Shown piece after piece: positions 39,301-49,447 of a stretch of 64,000 nucleotides of DNA; the first letter of the stretch is position 1, and each line of letters begins with the position of its first letter. Location of the stretch: positions 248,001 through 312,000 of the forward strand of contig NIVC01000566.1 of the NCBI GenBank assembly GCA_002269645.1, read 5' to 3'. The notes beneath the pieces are model-generated. The model ran no database searches. It saw only the letters and a program-made list of their open reading frames with translations, and was not told where the DNA came from. The position numbers and the translations under genes were made by a program. The stretch comes from Macrostomum lignano. Taxonomy: Eukaryota.

Positions 39301-41154
39301 AGCGACAACATCAGCGACACACTCAGCGACAAAATCAGAGACACACTCAGCGACAAGATCAGAGACACACTCAGCGACAACATCAGAGACACACTCAGCG
39401 ACAACATCAGCGACACACTCAGCGACAAAATCAGAGACACACTCAGCGACAACATCAGAGACACACTCAGCGACACATCAGAGACACACTCAGCGACAAG
39501 ATCAGAGACACACTCAGCGACAACATCAGCGACACACACACTCAGACGACAACACACTCAGCGACAAGATCAGAGACACACTCAGCGACAACATCAGAGA
39601 CACACTCAGCGACAACATCAGCGACAAGACACACTCAGCGACAACATCAGCGACACACTCAGCGACGACATCAGAGACACACTCAGCGACAAGATCAGAG
39701 ACACACTCAGCGACAACATCAGAGACACACTCAGCGACAACATCAGAGACACACTCAGCGACAAAATCAGAGACACACTCAGCGACAACATCAGAGACAC
39801 ACTCAGCGACAACATCAGAGACGCACTCAGCGACAAGATCAGCGACACACTCAGTGACAAGATCAGCGACAAACTCAGCGACACACTCAGCGACAACATC
39901 AGAGACACACTCAGTGACAAGATCAGCGACACACTCAGCGACAACATCAGAGACACACTCAGGAACAAATTCAACATACAATGTCAAGCATTATAAATTT
40001 CACCAGCAAGCAGAGCTCTCACCTTAAAGGTGGGCAGGCAGTCCATGCCAGGCGACTCCTCAATGTCGCCGCTGACCAGGTTGAAGCAGGCTCCGTGGAA
40101 GGGGCAGCGCAGCCGCTGTCCAGCAATTTGGCCGCCAGCCAGCGGCAGGCCAAAGTGCGGGCATTTGCCGCCAATGGCGAACAGCCGCCTGTCTGCATCG
40201 GCTGTGCGGCCAACCAGCACGGGGAACTCGCCGAATTTCACCTGCTTCATACCGGGGCTTCATCCGGGATGGTGCGTTGAGCAGACAGGCTTTTAATTAT
40301 TAAAAAATTGTAACTAATTAATAAAATATTCATTCAAAGCCACCTTCCATTGCCAATCTCAGATTCTTTGCAAACCTCCACAGAGAATGCTGGCTTATCT
40401 GTTTTAAAGGAACGTGCTACAAGCTTTCATTTTTAAAATAAGTCCCTAAAACAATTCAATCAATTATGTTCTACCAAAAGCCAAACAGCTATTTGATTTT
40501 TTAATACTTGCAACATTCCAACCCCCCCTTATTTAAGCCCTCTTTGATATTTCCAAACTAAAACAACTAACAGTAGCATAGAAAGCTAATTTGATGCTAT
40601 GAAACATTATCCCAGAGAAATTAGTATTGCAACATATTGTTAAATAAATATAATTATTCTATAAAAAATATGACTAATCTCACCTGTAGAGTACATTCTT
40701 GCTGGAGCTGTAGTGATTGTAGTGCTAGTGGCTTGAAGGCTGTTACTGGATGTAACTGAGAGAAAAATATTCAATTATGTCTAAATAGTTTACTATAAAT
40801 TAACAAGTAACCAACTATTTGCAAAGTAAATTTAAGTTAATTAAAATTTAATACTTCAGCAAAAGAAATTAAATTTTGCTCTACACAAAAGCATGATTGG
40901 AAAACTATTCATATATAAAATTTAGTTTAAATAATCTAGAATTTAATGGAAAATTTGTGGCACTGTATATAAATCAAGGTTGCTATACAATTAAAAATAC
41001 TTACCATGGCATAAAGTTATTTATTCAAATTGTAATTGCAAAATCAGCTTTATATCTATGTTTAAAATGAGTATATATGTAATTCAAAGAAAAAACTTTC
41101 TATAATTTCAACATTTTTACCTGCTGAGGAAGTTGAACTACATCCAGCACCCAT
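36345..41154 (-). CDS. AIFM3: AIFM3-like Rieske [2Fe-2S] + FAD/NAD(P)H oxidoreductase, ~561 aa
   Basis: Exons 41154-41121 (MGAGCSSTSSA), 40755-40684, 40398-40344 (VCKESEIGNG), 40257-40023, 38605-38159, 37657-37361, 36890-36345. Rieske CPHFG..CPFHGACF, FAD GGGPAA, DRTKLSK, NAD GSSFIALE, VFGAGD, HWQTAQTQGRLAA, FFWT. The 40257 acceptor (AAG) is tentative. Confidence 0.92.
36910..37322. repeat. 30-bp minisatellite (ATCATCAATCAAGCAGTGAGGCTGGAGTGC)n
   Basis: Visible; degenerates toward the acceptor at 36891. Confidence 0.94.
37732..38037 (-). mobile_element. tRNA-derived SINE with CORE-like domain (family A)
   Basis: Minus strand: GGTTGTAGCCAAGTGG (A box), GGTTCGATTCC (B box), TGTGTCCTTGGGCAAGACACTTAAC..CTTCAGTTCACCCAGCTGT (MIR/CORE-like), (TTA)n tail; second copy at 60279-60648. 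Confidence 0.88.
38650..39962. repeat. 24-bp minisatellite (ACACTCAGCGACAACATCAGAGAC)n
   Basis: Visible; AIFM3-like intron. Confidence 0.97.
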
Positions 41155-42823
41155 TGCTAAAACATCAATATTTGTTTTTTTAATAATCTAGTCTAGATTA
41201 CAATACAAGTAGAATCACTGGCAACAATTGTATAATTATCTAGACTAATAGCTTAAGCATTACTAATGATCTAGCATATTCCTTTAAAAAATAGGTTTCA
41301 AGAACAATTGCAAAATAGTTGTTATTCATTGCTTCTTTTTTAGATTTATTTGGAATTCCATCATTTATATAGGATAATTTTCTGAAAAATATTTATATGT
41401 GATATACATATAAGAAACTATTACTGGAGCTTATAAAATTGGCGTTTAAAATATAAACAATTTTTTTGTCTGAGAAACACATTGCATAAGCATAACAAAC
41501 CAACAAACACAAAGACAGCACAGCACTATAGTCTACAGTAAATCCAAGACGCACTTGATGATATTACGAGTAAAATAGGTAATTATTTATTACCTAAAAA
41601 TACGAAGTGCCGTTTGATAGAAGATTGAATGAGATGATTTACTAGTCGCATTGAAAACACAACCGATTACTGCGATTTTAGCTACCAAAGATTTTCTAAA
41701 GAGCTTCATTCCTGTAAATAGGTGACAGTTAAATCCGTTCTTTTTACTTAAACAGCCTAACGAAATTAATGTTATTTTTAGATTTTCAGAACATAATATA
41801 ACTAGTTATACTTTCTTTATTATGTAAAACGTTTTTACTTTGTGTTAATTTATAATAAAAAGCTATTTAATTTACATAAGGCTATCGTCCTGACAACATA
41901 ATGCTTATCCTGCTTTAAACACTTAACTTATTAAACTAATCTTTCTGTTAACTTAACGGTGATAGCTTAGCTAAACTCTAAAACAGTGGGGACTCGTTTC
42001 TATTTTCGAGTACACTGCTAGTAAAGTATTTATTTCGCAGGCTATAATTTATGTACCTAATACTTCTGGTTAGTAACTATCATCTAATATAGACCTGAAA
42101 ACTAACAGGCTAACCTCCCAATTACATTTCGGGAAATTTATTCCAGGAGTTTGTCACCTGTCTCAGTTCATTTTAATTTTAATTTAGCTATGGGAACCTT
42201 GTCGACTACGATAGAATTTCTACGTTACTTTCGATTCATATCCTTTTGCTGTAGTATATTTTTTGTCTTGAAGTTATTATACATGCATATACCTTCTAAT
42301 TTTTATAATTTTTCAGCAGCTATGGTGTTGCACAGTAGCACTCTTAAAAAGAAAAATTGAGATTTATAACCTTGGTTTCTTATTTCAAATTTTAGATATC
42401 TGAACAGGGCCTTAAAATATATTTGGTCGTCCAAGTAGGCCATTGCATACTTTAGAAAAACAAATATCTGTGTATGTTGTCATGGAGATATGTGTGATTA
42501 TCATAGATTCGTCACCGTCAATTTTAATTTCCATGAATCCCAGCTGCAGTTCTCGGGTTGGTCTGTAATTGAATTGCCGAACGTTGCAACCAATGGCAAC
42601 TCAATCTGATTATTTACATTGTTTTTCTGTGAAATTATCTTATCTGTATTCATGTAAAGCTGTTTAAAATCTTTCATTGACTCTAATTACAGTTTGAATC
42701 TGTAGTGTTTGATCAGAATTTTGCTCAAGTTTTTTTATTTTATATTTATTATACATTTACAGGTTTCATTTTTTTAATTTTCAAAGTCCACCGTGTCTTT
42801 TGCATGCCTGTTGACCCTCTGCC

Positions 42824-45800
42824 ATGCCGCGACCGAGATCCGCCGCCGACGATGGAGACGAGGCCAACGACGCCCTGCTGCAAGAGGAGTTCGAGCGGCT
42901 GCAGAATCAGTACAGAATCCTTGAGAACGACCGGCGGACTTACATTGCCGAGTCGCAGGACACGCTGAGGAAGCAGAAGTAAGTAAAGCGCGAACATATT
43001 CTCTTCACAATTTTAACTGGAAAAGCCATTTACTTTGACAAAATGACCCGAAACCCACGCTAATCACCTTTGCTCTCTCAGAGAAGAAATCGATCACCTG
43101 GAAAAGGAGAACAAGGAGATCAAGACCGACCTGAGCCAGGCCCAGAGCGACAAAAACCAGAAGGCCGACAAGCAGACTCTGAACCGGCTCACCGAGCTGT
43201 CGCGCGAGCGAGACGAACTCGAAGAGCAGATTGAGAACGAGCGAGCCAAGATCGGCACGCTCGACTCGGAGATTCGCAAATCGGAGCGCGAGAATCGCCA
43301 GCTGAAGAAGGAAAACGCGGGCGCTGGCCGCGGCGGCGGCGCCAACAAGGCCGCAGGCGCTCAGGGCTCGGCGAATCAACAGAAGCGTCGACAAACTCTG
43401 GAGAATCGACTCGACAAGGAGAACAAGCGGTTAGTTGAGCCTAATTTTCGATTGTTTGCAGCCAATTGATACCAAAATATTTCTTTCGCAATGATTATTG
43501 CAGAACTTGTTTTTGGCAAACTGGCTGATCATATAAGAGAACGCAACACTTTCGCCACACCCCGCAGGTACAATGACACCCTGACTGAGAACGCGCACCT
43601 GCGCGAGGAGATCGACCGATTGCGCTCGGAGAAATCCATGTTTGACGACCTCTACCGCAAGCTGCTGGTCGAAGTTGAGGAAGCTCGACAACAGAAGGCC
43701 TTCTTGACGGAATCCGCTACTAAGGTGAGTCACGGGCTAAGAGTTTGCGGTTAGGTTTCTGGTTCAAGGAGTAAGTGGAAGAACATGATGCACTCCTGCT
43801 GTCACGAGCTGAAACCACCATGAACAAAGCCTTTTATCCTTCAGCTCTAAACTTCAACCCCACCCTTGCAGGCATACGAGCATCGCGACGACTGCATCAA
43901 CAAGATCGTTGCCCTGCGTGACCGCAACGAGAAAGACGAGGCTCAGTACCGCAACGAGAAGCGCGACCTGGAGCGATTCATCGATCACGACAACAAACTG
44001 CGCGACTTCATGACGCGCAAAGCCAACGCCCGCGACGAGTGGAAGCGCGAGGCACAGGACCGCCGTCTCAAGCATGGCTCGCACGGCGAGAAGGCGCGGG
44101 AAGCGCAGCGCCGGGCCTTCCGCGACCAAGGGGAGGCGATGGAGCGAATTCGCGAGATCACGAGCGAAGACGACCTTGACGTGATCGTGCGCGACTTTGT
44201 GCAACGCGAGGACGACAATTTCGCTCTGTTCCAGTACGTGTCGGAGCAGAACAACCAGATTGAGACCCTCACCGAGGAGATCGACCGCCTCAAGCGCGAA
44301 ATGGAGACGTAAGAAAGCTGATTCCCAGCTAAACTTTTTGATGCCTATCAGTTTCCGCGAAAGGCAGTTGGTCTAAAAATGCTAGAGAGTTTTTTATCAA
44401 TGTGGTGATAAGCTGTTATTGGTACATGGCTAGGTATAGTGCGATGGACTGTGTATTATGCTTAAAGCCATCAGCTGGTATGTAGCGCTACTCAGAGGGT
44501 TCTACGAGAGTAGGGAAAAGGTACTTAACTCCCTGACCTGCGTTACATCGCAGTTTCGTGAACGAAGACAACGACCTGGAAGTCGAACGCGAGCGAATTC
44601 TGGCCGAGCTTGAGCGAAAAATTGCCACCGCGAAAGCCGCTCGGACCGAGGCAGCCGACAAGCTGGACTCGGTGCGGCGGACACTGGAGGAGCTGCAGAC
44701 GGCCATCAAGTCTGTGTTTGACAAGTGCGGCTGCTCCGATAGCCACATCCGCGAGATGCTGGGCGCTGATGAGACCATCTCCAACCGGAACTGCTGCTGT
44801 ATCTGGGCGCTGTTGAGCAACGAACTAATGAACTGTTGGCTGTGCAGTACTACCTGCAGACTAAGGTGAGCTGTGTGTGCTCATGGGGTGTCAGATGTGA
44901 TACCTGCAGACTAAGGTGAGCTGTGTGTGCTCATGGTGTCAGATGTGATACCTGCAGACTAAGGTGAGCTGTGTGTGCTCATGGGGTGTCAGATGTGATA
45001 CCTGCAGACTAAGGTGAGCTGTGTGTGCTCATGGGGTGTCAGATGTGATACCTGCAGACTAAGGTGAGCTGGGTGTGCTCATGGGGTGTCAGATGTGATA
45101 CCTGCAGACTAAGGTGAGCTGTGTGTGCTCATGGGGTGTCAGATGTGATACCTGCAGACTAAGGTGAGCTGGGTGTGCTCATGGGGTGTCAGATGTGATA
45201 CCTGCAGACTAAGGTGAGCTGTGTGTGCTCATGGTGTCAGATGTGATACCTGCAGACTAAGGTGAGCTGTGTGTGCTCATGGTGTCAGATGTGATACCTG
45301 CAGACTAAGGTGAGCTGTGTGTGCTCATGGGGTGTCAGATGTGATACCTGCAGACTAAGGTGAGCTGTGTGTGCTCATGGGGTGTCAGATGTGATACCTG
45401 CAGACTAAGGTGAGCTGTGTGTGCTCATGGGGTGTCAGATGTGATACCTGCAGACTAAGGTGAGCTGTGTGTGCTCATGGGGTGTCAGATGTGATACCTG
45501 CAGACTAAGGTGAGCTGTGTGTGCTCATGGGGTGTCAGATGTGATACCTGCAGACTAAGGTGAGCTGTGTGTGCTCATGGGGTGTCAGATGTGATACCTG
45601 CAGACTAAGGTGAGCTGTGTGTGCTCATGGGGTGTCAGATGTGATACCTGCAGACTAAGGTGAGCTGTGTGTGCTCATGGGGTGTCAGATGTGATACCTG
45701 CAGACTAAGGTGAGCTGTGTGTGCTCATGGGGTGTCAGATGTGATACCTGCAGACTAAGGTGAGCTGTGTGTGCTCATGGTGTCAGATGTGATACCTGCA

Positions 45801-47718
45801 GACTAAGGTGAGCTGTGTGTGCTCATGGTGTCAGATGTGATACCTGCAGACTAAGGTGAGCTGTGTGTGCTCATGGGTGTCAGATGTGATACCTGCAGAC
45901 TAAGGTGAGCTGTGTGTGCTCATGGGGTGTCAGATGTGATACCTGCAAACTAAGGTGAGCTGTGTGTGCTCATGGGGTGTCAGATGTGATACCTGCAGAC
46001 TAAGGTGAGCTGTGTGTGCTCATGGGGTGTCAGATGTGATACCTGCAGACTAAGGTGAGCTGGGTGTGCTCATGGGGTGTCAGATGTGATACCTGCAGAC
46101 TAAGGTGAGCTGTGTGTGCTCATGGGGTGTCAGATGTGATACCTGCAGACTAAGGTAAGCTGTGTGAGCTGACTGAATATAAGCATTTTAAAATTGTAAC
46201 TGAAACGAATTTCAATTAATTTCAAACCCAGAAGCGACAGGGACTTCACAACTCTCTCGATGAAGACGAGGTACTCAAGCAGGCTCACTGAATTAGAAAT
46301 TATGGTTATCCTTGTAGTTAAATTATTTTATCAGATTAAACCTCCCGCGACGACAATAGCAAACTCATATTAGCACTAAGTAAGAGATATTAATTACTAG
46401 CTAATATCTGGATGCATTTTGAAATGAGTTTTTTGTTTTACTAATAAGATTTTTTTGTTTGCTATTCGTTTTAAATACTAGCATTTACGCGTATGCAACG
46501 CGATATACTAATTTTAGTTTTGGAAGTAATGAGCATATAGCATTTCAAATTCGTCAGTTCAGTTCATGTTATTTTTTGTTTAAACCAATTCGTTATTATT
46601 CAGATCCTGACAGTAAGTTTGTTTCTATTAAATAAATTTTAAGTTTATTTCGTAGCTTTTGTTTTACTAGTTAAAAAAGCAAAATCTAGAATTTAAACAA
46701 CAAAAAACTGGACATTGTACAACCACAGAAATTTGACAAGGAGGACGGCGCTCCGCAGCCCCAACACGGCCTCACGCTGGGACTGTCTGCCCGCGGCAGG
46801 GAGCCCACCGACATACAGGTGATGCCGCCCACCATTGGGTGAGTCGCTGGGCCGCTTGGTAATTTAGTGAGTGAGTGAGTGAGTGAGTGAGTGAGTGAGT
46901 GAGTGAGTGAGTGAGTGAGTGAGTGAGTGAGTGAGTGAGTGAGTGAGAGTGAATGAGTGAGTGATGAGTGAGTGAGTGAGTGAGTGAGTGAGTGAGTGAG
47001 TGAGTGAGTGAGTGAGTGAATGAGTGAGTGAGTGAGTGAGTGAGTGATTGAGTGAGTGAGTGAGTGAGTGATTGAGTGAGTGAGTGAGTGAGTGAGTGAG
47101 TGAGTGAATGAGTGAATGAGTGAGTGAGTGAATGAGTGAGAGTGAGTGAGTGAGAGTGAGTGAGTGAGTGAGTGATGAGTGAGTGAGTGAGTGAGTGAGT
47201 GAGTGAGTGAGTGAGTGAGTGAGTGAGTGAGTGAGTGAGTGAGTGAGTGATTGAGTGAGTGAGTGAGTGAGAGTGAGTGAGTGAGTGAATGAGTGTGAGT
47301 GAGTGAGTGAGTGAGTGAGTGAGTGAGTGAGTGAGTGAGTGAGTGAGTGAGTGAGTGAGTGAGTGAGTGAGTGAGTGAGTGAGTGAGTGAGTGAGTGAGT
47401 GAGTGAGTGAGTGAGTGAGTGAGTGAGTGAGTGAGTGAGTGAGTGAGTGAGTGAATGATTGAGTGAGTTGAACCCAGCGATCAAGCGATAATTCTGTACG
47501 ATGAAACTTTTCAAATTTCAAGCGACAACTTCGAAGACGACGAGGACCCGAGCGCGGAGGTGCGGCCGCTGTCGCAGACGGAGCTGAAGCAGAAGGTGGA
47601 GAAGCACATTGTGCGCAAAGACCAGGGTGGCGGCGGCGGCGCCAGGAGCGGTGGCGGAGCGAGGCGAGACAAATCCAGTTCGGTTGCTAGGCAGAATTCG
47701 ACCGTGAAGAAATCGTGA
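42824..47718 (+). CDS. ODAD1: Outer dynein arm docking complex coiled-coil subunit (ODAD1/CCDC114/CCDC63 family); one -1 frameshift at ~44791
   Basis: Exons 42824-42978, 43082-43429, 43568-43724, 43872-44308, 44554-44865, 46232-46270, (46604-46612 microexon?), 46729-46838, 47523-47718. Motifs ERLQNQYRILENDRRTY, LENRLDK, DHDNKLRDFMTRK, FVQREDDNFALFQYVSEQNNQIE, YLGAVEQRTNELL, RPLSQTELKQKV. Confidence 0.88.
44851..46165 (+). repeat. 50-bp minisatellite containing the exon end plus 5' splice site (TACCTGCAGACTAAG|GTGAGCTGTGTGTGCTCATGGGGTGTCAGATGTGA)n
   Basis: About 26 units; the first unit overlaps the last 15 nt of the coding exon. Confidence 0.98.
46866..47467. repeat. (GAGT)n microsatellite, ~600 bp
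   Basis: Visible. Confidence 0.98.
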
Positions 47719-48566
47719 CCAATTCGTTAAAGATTTTTTTCATGCAAAGTCTGCGAAGCATGGTGTGTTAAGCTGATGCAACTCAACTATATTGATTTGC
47801 TGTCTAGTCAGTCGGAACATTTCTAGTTTACGGTATAATTTTTGCGTGCAAAGACGGCTTTTATATTTTAAAAAAAACTTGCGACACTTATTTTGTTTTA
47901 CTTTTTACACTATTATTTTCCTTTTATCTAGTCAGTAGCCGCTGTTCAATGTTGAAGTCCCTATTCTTATTTTCTTAATGTTGAAAGTGTGTTTTCAATA
48001 TTCTCGTTGTTCTTCTCCCTTATTTTACTTCTCGCAGCAGTAACTCAAAATATACAAAGTTATGGTTGTTGCTATAGAAGTTGCTTGTGTTTGGTTTTTC
48101 GAACAATATAGACTGGCGTGGTAAATTAGGGAAGGATTTTTTTCCGCAAAGGGCGCCAGCGCGAGGTGACAACTCAGGGGTGCCATATGGTTGTTATGAT
48201 AGCCCCCATCAAGGGGCGCCAGCACACCAAGGGGCGCCAGCACACCAGGGGCGCCAGAACACCAAGGGACGCCAGCACACCAATTAAGGGGCCCCCTACA
48301 CAGCATCGGACGTGTTTACCAATGCAAAGCCAAATTCCAATTGTTGGCAAACTGTTAAAAAGAGAACAGAGCTGGCACCAACTGTTTTCCAGGCTATCGG
48401 GTGGGGTTGCACGGCCCCTCAGTTTCTGCCCTAGCTGGTTTTAGTTCTTTCTGTACTCATGGACAATTGTCAGCTAGAGGTCTGCCATCGTCCCATCTAA
48501 AGAGTCCTATTTTGGGTTTTAAAATAATGAATTACCGTGGATTATGAAGCAGAAATTCGACGTTGG

Positions 48567-49039
48567 CAGGGGCGTCGCCATGGATTTTATGGTGGGGGGA
48601 CAAAGCCAAGAATTCAACATGTACATGTACATGTACATGTACACTGTAGCGGCTCGCCTAAGGCTGTGCGAGCGAGAAAAAGTCCGCTTGCCAGGCCTCA
48701 ACCCTCAAGTTCGGCCTGGCTTCTCTTTATTATTTTATTATTTATTATAATAAATAGTTGGCGGCAGTGGACCGCCACAACATGAGTAAATTTTTGGCAC
48801 TCATTAATTTTGGCGCCGCAGGCATTCCTTTTAGTGCTGCAAGCACTCATTTCAGCGCCGCAGGCACTCATTTCAGCGCCGTAGGCTTTCATTTTGGCGC
48901 CGAAGGCGCTATTTTTGGCGCCCTGAAGAAAATTACCACAACGACTAACAAGGTGGGGTGGGGGACAAAGCATTGGCATGCCCCCCAGAGCTTTTACTGG
49001 GGGACACGTCCCCTTGTCCCCCCGCTGGCGACGCGCCTG
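48567..49039. mobile_element. Non-autonomous hAT-type MITE, 473 bp
   Basis: TIRs CAGGGGCGTCGCCA / TGGCGACGCGCCTG (1 mismatch); perfect 8-bp TSD GACGTTGG at 48559-48566 and 49040-49047. Confidence 0.9.
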
Positions 49040-49447
49040 GACGTTGGTGACGCAGACTCACTTGCTCGTGCCGAATTCAAGTCCGCCATAAAAGACGTAG
49101 TTTTAAGTTAACCGTAACCAAATCTTAAAAACAGTGTCAGATACAATTAATACTCTTTAATTACAGGAACAATGAAGAATGCCAATGGTGCAAATTACAG
49201 TAATAGCAAACAAACTAAGCCGGCTAAAAATAGGAAAGTCTTTTACCTTATGGGTTTTTATTTTGATTTTCTAAGCACATGGTAAATATGCTTTTGTTAT
49301 GACTTTATGTGACGATGTATACACGAGTAGAATGATCTTTTTTAAGTTGCTGCGAAATCAACGTTTTTCTATGAAACGAAGTATTTTTAGGATACCGTCG
49401 TGATATATTTCCAATCTTAAGTTCTATATTTAAGAGTAAAACACAAA

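Noticed and set aside
41000-41060. ATGCCATG|GTAAGT on the minus strand as an alternative first exon of AIFM3-like
   Set aside because: Upstream frames are closed and the phases do not fit the next exon.
48110-48480. GGGGCGCCAGCACACC short repeats as a second MITE
   Set aside because: I could not identify matching termini or a TSD.
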